A stretch of DNA of 64,000 bases, from NCBI GenBank assembly GCA_012295275.1, contig CM022669.1, positions 9,548,001 to 9,612,000 on the forward strand, read 5' to 3'. Shown here piece after piece: positions 45,396 through 59,276 of the stretch. The stretch comes from Chrysomallon squamiferum (taxonomy: Eukaryota > Animalia > Mollusca). Each line of letters begins with the position of its first letter. The first letter of the stretch is position 1. The translations under genes and the position numbers were made by a program. Under the pieces are notes generated by a model. That model was not told where the DNA came from, made no database searches, and saw only the letters and a list, made by a program, of their open reading frames with translations.

Positions 45396-45943
45396 TTCAT
45401 TTATTCATTTCCATGATTTGCTTTCGTTTTCTTTTTGAATACGAAACATGTATATTCTCTCTCTCTCTCTTTCTCCATACAGCTGACAGTAATATTCTTG
45501 CTTCAGAAAATAACGAAGTATTGGCACATTTCAATTAGATCTTTTCAGCGAGCACATGCAAATAATGTGGTGTTTTCGTATGCATAACGTCACGCGCATA
45601 ACGCTAAAGGGTCGATTTTCGAGATTGGGTTCACATATCATATCCATAACAAAACTGAGACACAAACTTAATCCTGCTCGGATAGATTTAAAAAAAAAAA
45701 TACATAAAAAATTATTCAGACGACGAAATATGTGATGATTGAACTGTTCTGCAGGAGACATGGAGAGTCAAAGTAACACTGATAAAATAATTATTTTAAT
45801 AAAACTTCTTGTAGATTGTAATAATGGTCGTGCTGAAATAGGTTGGAAAATATGGAGGAGGAACAGTTAAAAGAAGAATTAGTTTAAGAGAAAGGTGTTC
45901 TCTTTTAGGTAATGTTTGAGTTTCACTGCCAAAAACGTTTAAG

Positions 45944-45944
<1 letters not shown>

Positions 45945-46000
<56 letters not shown>

Positions 46001-46008
46001 ATACATCC

Positions 46009-46039
<31 letters not shown>

Positions 46040-46090
46040 TCACACACAAACACATTCACACATACACACACACGCATACATACATACACA
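45945..46090. repeat. (AC)n microsatellite
   Basis: Direct observation. Confidence 0.97.
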
Positions 46091-48614
46091 CATATATTTA
46101 TTTATCCATCCATATTTCGACAAAACCTGTAAAACCGGAATGTGCAGTCGCATGACATATATACAAAATGACACATGTACCTATGACGATACATATATAA
46201 GTACGTTTACAATTAAACACTGAACAACAGACAATATTATCTTCTCTCAGTTTAAACTGACACTAATACAAACACTGAGTAATAACAAAACTCCGTGTGT
46301 AATGTTATTAACAGAGAATAAATGTCTCTGTCAATAGTACAGTATGTCGGGGGGGGGGGAGGGTGTTATTATTTTTGTTGCAGCTAACTGGCCTTGTGTT
46401 TTCAGATTATTTTTCTTTTTGACAATATGAAGTGTACCTAATTATTTTGAAAGTTTCTGTTTTGTTTTTGGTGTGTTTATTTTTCTGTTTCGGATTTACG
46501 ATATCGCTCAGTAGTCTAACAGTCGTTATGTGACTCGAGTCTTTCACAAAACGTTACTACAACACACACAATGAAACCGAAAAGAACACGGACTGCAATT
46601 CAATATGCTTTTATATTAAGTATATGTGATATGATATGTATTTGATGTGATATTTATCTGATGTTATTCAGAGAAAACAGTTTTATTTTTTTATTTTTTA
46701 TTTTTTTTAAAATTAAATCAGTACATTAAATAATCACATATGCGTGCTAAGTGGACGCAAAGCAAAACAAATTTTGTGTATTTTACGACCTTCACAACGT
46801 ATTCTGAAATTAAGACAAAATGAAGTGCTGGTCACATTAACAGACAGATCGTAGGTCATAGACAGAACAACAGCACACACACCCTTTATGTTTATCAATG
46901 TCCCATCGTCTTTATGAATTTATGTTTATACACTTCTGTATATGTATTTATAACCAGGTCTAACTGGCATTCTGGGTTTTTTCTGTCAATCTCACTTACA
47001 AAGCAATTTCGTTTAAAAGTTCCTACACACATGAATAACGAATGAAAACCCATCTCGTTCATATTGATACCATCTTCTTTTGTATCGGGCACGTAAGCGA
47101 TTAGGGGAAGGAAAAACAAGCCGGAACACACTGATTGATATCGAGTTTTCCAAGCTTGCTAAAAATCGCAATCATTTATCAAAGCCGGCCTTTCCAGTTT
47201 TCCTCTGGCTTTTACGGCATCATAACTGTCAGAATTACTCTGTCGATTCCCCGCTCTTTGAATATCTATGCCTTCATTTGCTTCGTTTGGACCGCTGGTG
47301 GAATTAAGAGGCGTTTTTAAACTGAGCTCTGAATTCCGCTAAATGACTAATGATGGTTTCAAATTAACGGTGGCGTTGTAGATGACTTCACAGTCTGTAG
47401 GGGACGCTGTTCGTGATGTTTGTTTTGTCTTGATAAATCTCACAGTGCCCGTGAACGTAAAGGAAAATGAATATTATGATTGCCCAGATAAACATCTATA
47501 TTTCAGTCAGCCATCATGTACGACATGTTTTACGCATTTGTGTTCCACTGTGTTTAGTTATCTAATACTGCTTTATCTTGCCAGGCTCTTTTCTTTCTCC
47601 TCTACCATTGCCTCTGTTTTCTGTTAATGCCCTACAGCACAGATTGTGGCCAGTTTCTCTTCTGTGCTCATTCCGGTCAGTCGCAAGTCTTATAACAGTT
47701 CCCTTATTGCGTATGAATGAGGACAGTCCAGTGGGTGTCTGCAGTGCACGTCCTTCATCATGATCAACAATCTTTACTTTTTTCTTATTTTTTTTTTAAC
47801 TTCTGATGCATGTTATTAATAGGGATTTACATAAATTGTATTTATTATTTTTGTGTTTTTACTTTTTATTTGTGAAAGACATACTGGAGAATATATAACT
47901 AAACAGATTATTAAAACATAGCTGTAAGGCTTATTTTATATGAGACTTCTATGCGAGACAGCTATATAGAACATTTTACCAAACAGATATGTTTTTTATA
48001 TTAAAACAGAGCAGTAAGAGCTTCTTTATATCAGCCTTTCCTTGAACCTATATTGAATACATTACTAAACTTATATATTTTAATATTATAACATAGCAGT
48101 AAGTGCTGTCTTATGTGAACCTTCTCATGAACAGGGAGGTACATAAATCATCCTTTGATAAACGTCACCTCAGACAAACACTCTAACCAATGAGCCACCG
48201 TTCACTGTCAGACCTGTATTCATGAAACAAGTGTCAGTATTTTTATTTTATTTATATTTATTTATTTTATTTTTGTTGTTGTTTATGTTGTTCCAACCCT
48301 ATAGCCGAAACGTGTGTGTTACTGTGAAACGTCCCCAGTAATTCAACTCGACTTTGTACAAGTCTGAGCGTCTCCTGGGTGCCCAGTCAGACGCTTTCTG
48401 ATAACCATTTTGTATTAACCCAGGTCCCAGTCTCCGCGCCGAGTTCAACACGCCGTATCGCTGGTCTGAAAATCAGATTAACTTCCCGAGTAAAGGGCAA
48501 CCAACACGTGTTCTATTTTTCTTACTTTTTGTCGTTTGTGTTATAAACTTCCATGGGATTTGTTCAATGTCTGACGCATTCTATTTCAGAAAAGAGAGAA
48601 AAAAAAAAAGTTTG

Positions 48615-48647
<33 letters not shown>

Positions 48648-48756
48648 AGTAATAAAACAGAGAATGAGAGTAAATTTATTTATTAGCTGCCACCATTATC
48701 AGATACCGTAAATCACTGAATAAAAGACTGCTCTAATACTGTAAAGACTGAGTCTT

Positions 48757-48787
<31 letters not shown>

Positions 48788-49248
48788 GAAAAAAGTGTAG
48801 TAAAAGACTCTATGTGTTTGAGAAGTATTTAAATACTGAAAATATTTATCATTTTTGTTTTTCTTTTAAGAACTTTATACGTGCGTGCACAGACACACAC
48901 ACACACAAACAGACGAATGAATGGACATACATACATACATACATTCTTACAAATGCATGCACACAAATGTATGTATTTATATTGTGGTATTAGTATCACA
49001 GTTTCCTGATATATATTATAGGGGAAAATATTAATAAAAACTATCACCATTATTAGCAATATTACCGATTAAACTCTGCCTGATACGTAAATTACGTAAT
49101 TCGTGACAGCTCTTCAGTACAAAGATCTCTATACCTCAAGTGACGTTTCACTTGTTACGTCATTACCAACCCCCACCCGTACCAGACAAGATAATTCCTT
49201 TTTTACTATTCTGTATGCATTACAAAATAATATGTTAAAATTATTACA

Positions 49249-49299
<51 letters not shown>

Positions 49300-49494
49300 A
49301 CAATATGACAGTTTTTAAAAGAATTTTAAAATAAAATTTTATTTTTAGAACAAAATACTGTTAAACCTTTCTAAATAATTACGAGTAAACAATAATTATA
49401 ATAATAATAAAACGAGATAATCAGTAATGTAAATAATTATCACAGGATTCATAATTTTTGTTTTAATACACATTTCTCGCATTAGGATCGTAAT

Positions 49495-49542
<48 letters not shown>

Positions 49543-51228
49543 ATACACACACTCGTACACACGTATATATATAAACAAATTCGCTTCAGCTGTGAACAGA
49601 AGAGGTTAGTATTCATTTGTCACCCAGATCACGACCCGAAAAGAACTAATCATAATATCAGAAAGCAGACAATTTATCAAAAGTGAAGTTCATTTATCTG
49701 AAAAAAAAAAGAAGAAAAAAAAAAAAAAAAAAAAAAAGAATTACAATCTAGAAACATTTGTTATACAAACACACTTCTTTTTCTTTTTTTCACCAAAAAA
49801 ATCTAAAATTTTGGTCTCTTCGATGTTAATGGAGAAAGTTCTGCTATCATTATCAGTAAAGCAAAAAAAAAAAAAAAAAAAAAAAGAAGAAGAAAGCAAG
49901 AAAATAAAAGGAAGGAAACCAAAACAAACTGAACAAAAAGAAAGAGAGAAACGGGAGGTAAAGAAAAAAGAAAGAAAAGAAAAGGAAAGAAAGAAAGGTG
50001 GAAAGCAAATCAGAAAAAAAAAATGAACGCTGCACTACTGAAGAAGGAAAGAAAAATAAATCTTAAAGATGAAAATGAATCAAATTTAAGAAAACCTCAG
50101 ACATTTGGTTATATCAGATCTGTTCACGTGGATCAATATAAAAGAAAATAAATAAATAAATAAACAAATTTAATAAAGAAAGAAACGAAAACTGCCGACA
50201 TTTAATTTCAGAAAATATATTCAAGTGAACATTTAATAAATATTTTAAAAATAAATAAATAAATAAAAAATAAAATAAAAAAATAATATTTCTGCCATCG
50301 CGCTGTAAGGAGGAAAATGGCCTCTCTTTGACATAATGAAATCATATTCAGCAGTGGATTCCATCGAGCTTGCCGGCATTAGTGGAATTAACATTTACAA
50401 GTAGCTGCACTCACATTACTTCAGTGTCGAAATGTCAGATGGAAGTTTTCTCAGTTTGTTGCTTGTTATTTGCATCAATTTATGGAGTAAGTGATTTTTT
50501 TTTTTTTTTTTTTTTTTTTCTAACTGGACGCTCCGATTGTTTTCAACATCTGATGTAACCGAGATTTGAACCTGCGTTTCTCAGTTTAGTGGGACAGTTG
50601 TGTGTGTATGTCTTATCTGTTTTCGTTATTGCTCTTGTTGTTTTCTTTTTAATACTTTTATTTTTATTTTGTTTGTTTTGTTGTTTTGGGGTTTCTTTTA
50701 TTGTTTTTTTTAAATTTATTTGTTTGTCTATTTATTTATTTATTTATTTGTTCGTTTGTTTATCTATTTATTTATTTGTTTGTTCATTTGTCTATTTATT
50801 TATTTATTTGTGTGTTTGTTTATGTATATATTTAATTATTTATCCGTTTGTTTGTCTATTTGTTTATTTATTTATTTGCTTGTTTGTTTATTTATTTATT
50901 TGTTTGCTTGTTTATTTATTCACTTGTTTGTTTGTTTGTTTAGGTGGTAACTCTTTCTGTGATACTATTTTCTCTGTTCTCCCCCCCATCACAGTTTTCC
51001 TAAAGTATCATCAATATCTTTCACAAAGTGTAAACTACAAATGTACTGTCAGGTTCACTCGAAGTTTAAAGCCTCAAAGAGATAAAAGTTATTTAGAATC
51101 GATGTCACTTACTGAAACATGCGTCCACTGATGAATAATGTCAGAATAATCGAAACCTAACAAACGTGTATGAATTAATTATTTTATGTTGTACACCCGA
51201 CGTTTGTATTGACATAGCAAATTACATG

Positions 51229-51268
<40 letters not shown>

Positions 51269-51896
51269 ATCTTCAAAATACATAATATAGAAATAGAAGC
51301 GGATATTATTTCCTCATGTTCGGGAAAAACACTTGTGAAATTAGGGAAAGTAATATCTCTGTCTCCTTAACCAATGAGCTTTAATATCTCACTGAGTAAA
51401 TATTTGGCTAATCCAATTGCATAATTCGGCTTAAAACCACTAATATAGTATTCTATGTCATTACGAAAACTTTTTTGTTGTGTTTGTTTTTGCTTTAGGT
51501 TCATTATCTGAATCAAATGAAGTCGATTTATCTATTTAAACTGTGCGAGAAGTCTACTTTGTAGTTAAATTTAGCTTTTTCCATGCATTGTACGTTGTCT
51601 ATGTTTTTAAAAGTACTCAACGACTTATTTAGATATTTGAAATTCTTGGAATCCGTCAGATCTTATAAAACTTCAGAATGTCTGTTTTTGTAAGTTCCAA
51701 GCAAGCCTGTAATGGTTATAATCTTCTGTGATCAGCTGCCAATCTAAGATACCACCACATTAGTTCATGTACGTCCGAGCTTCAAATCATAACGTGTTTC
51801 GTTTAGAGTGTGTAAACAACTACTCTGTAATGGCTTTATCCACTGGAATTTATAATTTTTCAATTCATTGTTTCTTTCTTCTTCTTTTGTTTTCAG

Positions 51897-52024
51897 TTGG
51901 AAGGACGAACCCGGAAATACGTGTGATCGAACCGGAGTTTAATCCAGTACCAGACGTTCTGACCTACTACAGCGGAGACACGGCCCGTCTCTTCTGTTCG
52001 GTTAGCAATTTAGGAGAAAGAACG
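51897..52024 (+). CDS. Coding exon 2, N-terminal half of Ig domain 1 ((V)GRTNPEIRVIEPEFNPVPDVLTYYSGDTARLFCSVSNLGERT)
   Basis: Long pyrimidine tract and ttttcag acceptor; donor ACG|gtgagt. Carries the 'G.TA.L.C.V.NLG..T' motif typical of Dpr/ZIG-8 Ig1. 128 nt, phase 1 to 0. Confidence 0.93.
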
Positions 52025-52456
52025 GTGAGTTGACCAGCGATAAACAAATAGATAAGTGAACACCTAATTAAAGCATCAGCAGCAGCACAGAAATCAACAA
52101 CAACAACAATAAATAATAACAATAACAGTAGTAGTAGTAGTAATAGCAATAACTGCCATTCAATCAATAAATAAATATATAAATATATAAATAAAATAAA
52201 ATAAAATAAATAGAATGAGAGAAAAACGACTGATTTTAAAGTATTACATATTAGAAACAAAAGTCTTTCTTCTCGTTATCCAATAACGTTTGTGATCCAA
52301 GAAGCACTGTGCAGTCAGTCCAGTATCATTTACAACTCGCCATCTCGTTGATGTAAATATGTAAACAATCACACCTTCGGGATATTAGTATAAGAAAAAA
52401 AATCAAAAAAAAAAAAAAATCAAAATCAATAAATAGAATAAATAAATAATAATAAC

Positions 52457-52500
<44 letters not shown>

Positions 52501-52556
52501 TAAACTCACCAAAAAAAAATAAAAAGGCATGAAAATAAATCATAGAAATAAAAAAA

Positions 52557-52644
<88 letters not shown>

Positions 52645-53247
52645 ACAAAAAAACAGGAACTAAGAGAAACAAATGCACAGAAGAAAGAAAACATCAACTT
52701 GAAAGAAAAGCCAAGCTTTGATTTCCTCTAAACCTGCCCCCCTTGCACATGAGATCAGCAGCGTTGAAAACGTCACAGCAAAATATTTTAATATTTTTTG
52801 GGGCGATGGTTCTTTGAAAGATTTAAAACCCTGCAGGTGAGGACATAAGATTCTCTAGATTGCTTTCCTTTTGGCGACAACAGCGGGCGGCCAGTCGTGC
52901 GTGGAAAACCAGTCAAATTACCTTCCATGATGTGTACAGCGCAAATGATTCACTCTACTGTTTTCCATACGATTGTTGCGCCTGTCATGTATCGCCGCCG
53001 TTATTAAGTTAGTTGCGACGTCTACAGGCGGATCCTATTTCACAAGATTAAATTTGTTTCGGGCGAGAAAAATAAATAATCAAATCAGAATGGACGGAGA
53101 AGATTATGTTGCCGTAATTCAATCCTCAGAAACAATTGAAACTATTTGTCTTTGATCGTGACGGGTTTCCAGTGTAAGAGGTTCTCTCAGTCTTTGAGTT
53201 TGGCATTAAGTTCACTATACAAATATTTATTTTCGGAAAATCGTCCG

Positions 53248-53280
<33 letters not shown>

Positions 53281-53774
53281 CGAATTTGACGAATATTTAG
53301 CAGCTATCACTTTCTCAGCACATTTTTTATTTTTTTATTATTATTTTTTTTTTTTTTTTAATTACGGAATCGTACGAAATTCATTTCCTTTTAGTACTTT
53401 TTCTCTTCTTTCTGTTTGTTTTCTTTTATTTTTATTTTTTATTTTATTTTCAGAACTTTGAGCAGTTCAATCAAATTAGAGAATTTTTTTTTAATAATAT
53501 CAATGTGTAATTAGGATGGAATTTCAGTACAATAAAGATGTAACGAAATTGTGTTACTATTATTATTTTTTTTTTGATTTTATTTTTTTTTTTTTTTTTT
53601 TTGTCTTCATTACGCTATTTTCATTAAATGTTCTTTCTTGGTTTTCTTTCTTTCTGTTTGTATCTGATCTTCCTATATTTTTGTTCCTCTTCTGTCTTTT
53701 TCTCTGCCTATGTCTCTCTCAGTTCATCTGCGTGTTTGATGAACTGTTTCCGTCTTCTTATCCATCTGTTTGTC

Positions 53775-54436
53775 CCGACTGTACATCTCTATGACTAGTA
53801 ATTAAAACATCTCTATGTCTAGTTACGTCTATCTGACTGTAATTAAAACACATCTCTATCTGACTGTACGTAATTAAAACATCTCTATGTCTGTCTATGT
53901 ATAGTTAGGTCTATCTGACTGTACATCTGTATGTCTCTATGACGTCTCTATGACTATCAATTAAAACATCTCTATGTCTAGTTAAGTCTATCTGACTGTA
54001 CGTCTCTATGTCTAGTTACGTATGTCTCTATGACTATAATTAAAAAAACGTCATCTGACTGTACGTCTCTATGTCTAGTAATTAAAACATCACTATGTAT
54101 AGTAATTAAAACATCTCTATGTATAGTTAGGTCTATCTGGACTGTACATCTGTATGTCTAGTTACGTCTGTCTGACTGTACGTCTCTATGACTATCAATT
54201 AAAACATCTCTATGACTAGTTACGTCTATCTGACTGTACGTCTCTATGTCTAGTTACGTCTATCTGACTGTACGTCTCTATGGCTATTAATTAAAACATC
54301 TCTATGTCTAGTTACGTCTATCTGACTGTACGTTTCTATGGCTATTAATTAAAACATCTCTATGTCTAGTTACGTCTATCTGACTGTACGTCTCTATGAC
54401 TAGTAACTAAAACATCTCTATGTCTAGTTACGTCTT
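53775..54436. repeat. Modular minisatellite built from shuffled blocks (CTGACTGTACGTCTCTATG / TCTAGTTACGTCTAT / AATTAAAACATCTCTATG)
   Basis: The same three 15-19 nt blocks recur in variable order over ~660 bp. Confidence 0.9.
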
Positions 54437-55518
54437 TCTCTTTATGTTATTTTTAACTATCCCATTCCTCCCTGGTTTCTAATCATATTTACTGAGAATC
54501 TGCTTTTATATTCCATTATCGTCATGCATGCGTGGCCGGCTTTCTAATTTCAGTTGTAGATAATTTTTTGATTAGTTTTACCGCGACATCTGGTTTTTGT
54601 GTGCTGTGTTCAAAGTACTTTCTTATAAATATATAAAGTATGTTTAAAGAATAAATAATTGGATATAAGAAAATAATAAATAAACAAACAAAAAACAAAA
54701 CAAAAAATATACAAACGAAAAACGAAAACAGAAATAATATTATACTAACGAGTATTTATATATTCGAACGATAGACAAAGACTAACTTGTATGTTGTATA
54801 AAACATTCGCATCGTGTGGAAATATTACGATTTTATTAAGAGGTTTTTCTCTCTATACATTGTTTATGTTTTGTTCAAAGAAAGGAATCTGATAACCTTC
54901 ATCTGTTACCTTTCAGTTTATTTTGTAGTAATATTTTGGATTAGTAAAAGTTTGATTCCAGAATTAATTTAATATTCATTGTAAATATATATCCATTTCT
55001 TTTATATTCTACCACTACACTTTAAACATTAACTCGGAAAAAGTATTTTGTGAGGTATTCATTGCCTAAAGACTGAAATATCAAAGACATTCTATAAAAT
55101 ACCATTTGCTTCAGTAAGAACAGTTCATAAAGTTGTAAGAGCGGCAAAGATTTAGCATTAAAATACTTTTATATGTCATTAAACATTCATGGATCAAGAA
55201 TGAAACAAATCAACAAATCATGTTATCTCTGTTTCTTTCCATAAAAAATTTTGCGATAATATTTAAAACATTAGTCACGTTGTTCTGGTCGTGTTTAAAG
55301 TCAACTTTATCGTCAGTGAATGGTGTTGATGGGTGCAAGGATTCTAACAACTGAGGTGTTTCTGGAATCTGGCCACGTTTTGCTTTGTATCGTTTGGTCA
55401 AATTTTGTTGTTTCAGTCAAACCAGAGATCCACGTGGCTGGAAAATCTCAAATAGAAAGGCGGTGATAAGATAGAAACATTTAACGATTTATGTGGTTAC
55501 TTTGATGTATGTGTGAGA

Positions 55519-55561
<43 letters not shown>

Positions 55562-55909
55562 TCTCTCTCATTCTATATATCTATATATACACACATCCAT
55601 ACATACATACATACATACATACATACATACATACATAGATACATGCACAAACACACACAAAACAACACATAAGATTTTTTCCTTTTATTTGTTTTTCTTA
55701 TTAATTAATTAATTTATTTATTTATTAATTTTTTATTGTTATTATTAAATTAAGAAAAAAATAAACTAAATGATTATCATCATAAACAATCATGAATTTC
55801 CATCAGAGCGTTTGTGTATGTGCGTGCATGAGTAAGAGCGACTGATGCATGTCTTGTGCACGTATGATTATATTCTGAAAATATCTTCATCGCGCAATTT
55901 GTTTTTCAG

Positions 55910-56123
55910 ATTGTCTGGCGGAAAATGCCGAACCCGAGTCCGTTAACAATCGGAACCACAGTCTGGATAGACGACAAACGGCTCTCGGTAGACAGGGTTT
56001 ACCAAACCCAGCAATGGAATTTAGTCATTCGTGACGTCAGGCGAGAGGATGCTGGGAAATATGAATGTCAAATTAGCATGATCAAAAGAAAATTAAGACA
56101 ATATGTTTTATTAAAAGTTAAAG
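55910..56123 (+). CDS. Coding exon 3, C-terminal part of Ig domain 1 (IVWRKMPNPSPLTIGTTVWIDDKRLSV...WNLVIRDVRREDAGKYECQIS...LLKVK)
   Basis: gtttttcag acceptor; AAA G|gtaagt donor. Ig core Trp, LTIG, WNL.I and D.G.Y.C motifs. 214 nt, phase 0 to 1. Confidence 0.95.
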
Positions 56124-56326
56124 GTAAGTATTTATGTTATTTTAATTTTATTTTTGTTACGTTACGCAATATTACGTTACATTATGTTAGTTCATGATAC
56201 ATAAAACTACTTTATTTATATTGCGTTACATTAGTTTAAATGATTTATATTGCATAACGTTATGTTAATTTATATTACACAACACTACCTTATTATTCTC
56301 ACTATTAATTTTTTTTTTTTCTTCAG

Positions 56327-56350
56327 ATGATCCTGTGAAGAGGAATCCAG
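56327..56350 (+). CDS. 24-nt microexon, Ig1-Ig2 linker (DDPVKRNP)
   Basis: Poly-T tract then cttcag acceptor; CCAG|gtaatt donor. Phase 1 to 1 and open in frame. Confidence 0.8.
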
Positions 56351-56640
56351 GTAATTTCTAATAAGTAAAAACTGTGCGCAGAAATAAATAATTTATTCAG
56401 AAAAAAATGTCGGTAAAAATTTTAATAATAAACGTTCATCCAGTTTCATTTTGTTTCTTTATAAATTTCCATCAAATGTCTTTTTACGTACTGATATTAA
56501 TTATTCTTGTAAATACGTCGTTATATACACACACATATACACATAAACATACGAATGAACATACACACACAAACATGCACACATATGTATGTGTTTGTGT
56601 GTCCGTCCGTATTCTATATAATGATGTATCTGTATTTCAG

Positions 56641-56931
56641 ATATACATATAAGCGGAACATCTTTAGTAGAAAATGGCGGAGTGGTGAGACTCTATTGTA
56701 ACGCCAGTTTCGCGGGAGTTAGAACGTTCAGACTTGAATGGTTTAAGGATGGCGACGTTTTAGAATCGGACGGTTTTCGAATATCGATAAGCCCGTTCGG
56801 AGAGCCCCTCAATTCGAGAAAGAGTAGTTTGTTGCAGATATACGGAGCCAATATCGACGATTCAGGGATTTATTTGTGTCGATCAAGACCTTACAATAAA
56901 ATGACGTCAGTTCAAGTGCATGTTATGAACG
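56641..56931 (+). CDS. Coding exon, entire Ig domain 2 (DIHISGTSLVENGGVVRLYCNAS...LEWFKDG...DDSGIYLCRS...VQVHVMN)
   Basis: tatttcag acceptor; AAC G|gtaagg donor. Canonical C...W...D.G.Y.C Ig pattern and an NAS glycosylation sequon. 291 nt, phase 1 to 1. Confidence 0.95.
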
Positions 56932-58362
56932 GTAAGGTATTTATAGTAACATATTGATAAAGTGCATTAACAAGTGCTATTTATAGTAAGATACAGAAAA
57001 AGGCGATACGGAAAAATAACAGTTTTATTTGTAGTAATGTTCAGAAAAAGGCGATACAGTATAACAGTGATATTTAAAGTAATATACAGAGTATGGTGAT
57101 TCAATGTAATAACAGTGGTACTTAAACAATTATCACACATGCTAATGATATGTAAATTAGTAAACATGCAGTGAACGTAAAAATAATTGCTGTATGATGT
57201 CTGTTGATGCATTTTGTCACGCTGTATAAATCATTGTATATATTAAAACAAAGAACAAAAAAAAAAAAAAAAAATCCAGGATTTATAATTATATAATTTA
57301 TAACTGTAACAGAGAACCGTATCTACACACACACGAACGCACACACACACACACTCTATATCTGTCTTCTATCTATCTGTCTGTCTGTAATTATGTATGA
57401 CTGTATTTCTTTATTTATATTGAATATTTGTTTTTGTCCATCGTAAAAGGACATTTGACTTTGAAACGTCTTCTTCCTTTGCTTTATTAGGTTATTCAGA
57501 GTGTATATCTACTTAATACCGCATTTACACATGAACTGCCTTCGTCGTCCATGATGCTAATTCATGGAGAGAAAATTGTTTTATTTGTAGTCATTATCAC
57601 TACTCTATTTTGGAATAACAACGAGTCTGGTTGTTTGTCAGTTCGCTCGTATTGTTCACTTCGCCAGTATTTTCTCCTAGGGTATTGAGAACAGTGCCAC
57701 TTCAGTTAAACAGCATTTAGCCGTCGTTAATATGCAAGCTGCTCTCCTTTTTTTCTTCCCCCCCATCAGTAATCTCGCCACTTTGACAACGTCAGTCACG
57801 TTAGTCACGACGTCTTCCACCTCTGGCTCTCCGGCCATGACCATTAGTTTGTGCGCATTGTCAGAAGCGCCGGAAGCGAGATGTTTCCGCCAGGTCTCGT
57901 TCTTGTCTCGTGCGTGATAAACTCGGATGGGTCCGGAATATTAACACCCGCTCGAGGCGCCCCCTAGGGAGCGAAACGATAACGATGGATTTATTTTACT
58001 GTCTTCTGCCATTTGCTAGATTTAGGCTTGTTCAGGAATCTATTCATGGGTTTGTTAGCAACTCTGAAAACTTATTTATTTTTCTGTTATAGCTGGTCAT
58101 TGTGTGTGTATATATGAGAACATTTTCTTTTCACTGGGGAAAGCAAATAATGAAAATCGAAATTCCTAATTTTATTTATATATATATATATATATACTTT
58201 TTTCTTCATACTTTTTCTGAACATTTGCAAAAAATCTTTAAAAATAACATTTAATGCTTTAATATTATTTTGTGTTCTGATTATTTTTGTTATTTTAAAC
58301 TGTCAGAAGTTTTAATATTAGCAGATTAACTGATTCATTCAATCGCCATTATTTAGTCAAAA

Positions 58363-58363
<1 letters not shown>

Positions 58364-58404
<41 letters not shown>

Positions 58405-58418
58405 TGTTATTATTATTA

Positions 58419-58488
<70 letters not shown>

Positions 58489-58518
58489 CATTATTATTAT
58501 TGTTATTATTATTATTAT
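58364..58518. repeat. (ATT)n microsatellite
   Basis: Direct observation; similar tracts at 15302-15430, 20997-21093, 22486-22561 and 45251-45315. Confidence 0.97.
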
Positions 58519-59039
58519 TCGATACATTTAGAATTTAATTTGTTGCAGTCATCTTTACGCCGATTTCTTTTTGCTTCCTCTTCTCTTCAGTCAGCCAAGC
58601 GAAAAGCAATTCAAATATGATTGGATTAGATTCCAATCAAAGCTAAAACGATAACCAATAAATAAAATCAGCTTTTTTTCTCCACCGAGGAAAGCAATCA
58701 TTTCGCAAATCTGTATACACTCTGTTCCTAAACGCAGTCTGTGAGATGCTAAATTACTTCTGGAGAGGTTAAATTTGTTTAAAAGAAACGTCTGTTTATC
58801 GGAATTGGCACATAAAGCACGTCCGTTATGCGTCGTTATAGCCTTAATGAGTATAGGTTATCTGTGATAATAGATCAGTTTGCCGATATTCGATTATTAG
58901 TGTTTCACTACAAAGTTATAGTCTAGTTTTGATTTGTTCCTATGTGTACGAGTTTGTGTACGAGTTTGTGTACGTCTGTTATCAGTATTTCAGTTGCAGA
59001 CAACATTTTGTGTATGTGTGTATGTATATGTATGGATAT

Positions 59040-59074
59040 ATAGATAGATAGATAGATAGATAGATGGATGGATG

Positions 59075-59168
<94 letters not shown>

Positions 59169-59185
59169 TAGATAGATAGATAGAT
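59040..59185. repeat. (TAGA)n/(CAGA)n tetranucleotide microsatellite
   Basis: Direct observation. Confidence 0.97.
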
Positions 59186-59225
59186 AATATGTACATATGT
59201 GTATACAATAATAACAGTAATAAAT

Positions 59226-59276
<51 letters not shown>

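Noticed and set aside
47880-48130. Three ~88-nt spaced AACATAGCAGTAAG-like motifs
   Set aside because: Probably an old decayed tandem duplication; too diverged to define a unit.
55825-55851. Two TGCATG (Rbfox-type) motifs upstream of exon 55910
   Set aside because: The exon is 214 nt and structurally essential, so regulated skipping is unlikely; the hexamer is frequent near TG/CA repeats.
57732-57917. Ser/Thr-rich ORF as a mucin-like stalk exon of the Ig gene
   Set aside because: Its frame needs a phase-0 entry at the 57680 acceptor, but the Ig2 exon ends in phase 1, which gives an immediate stop.
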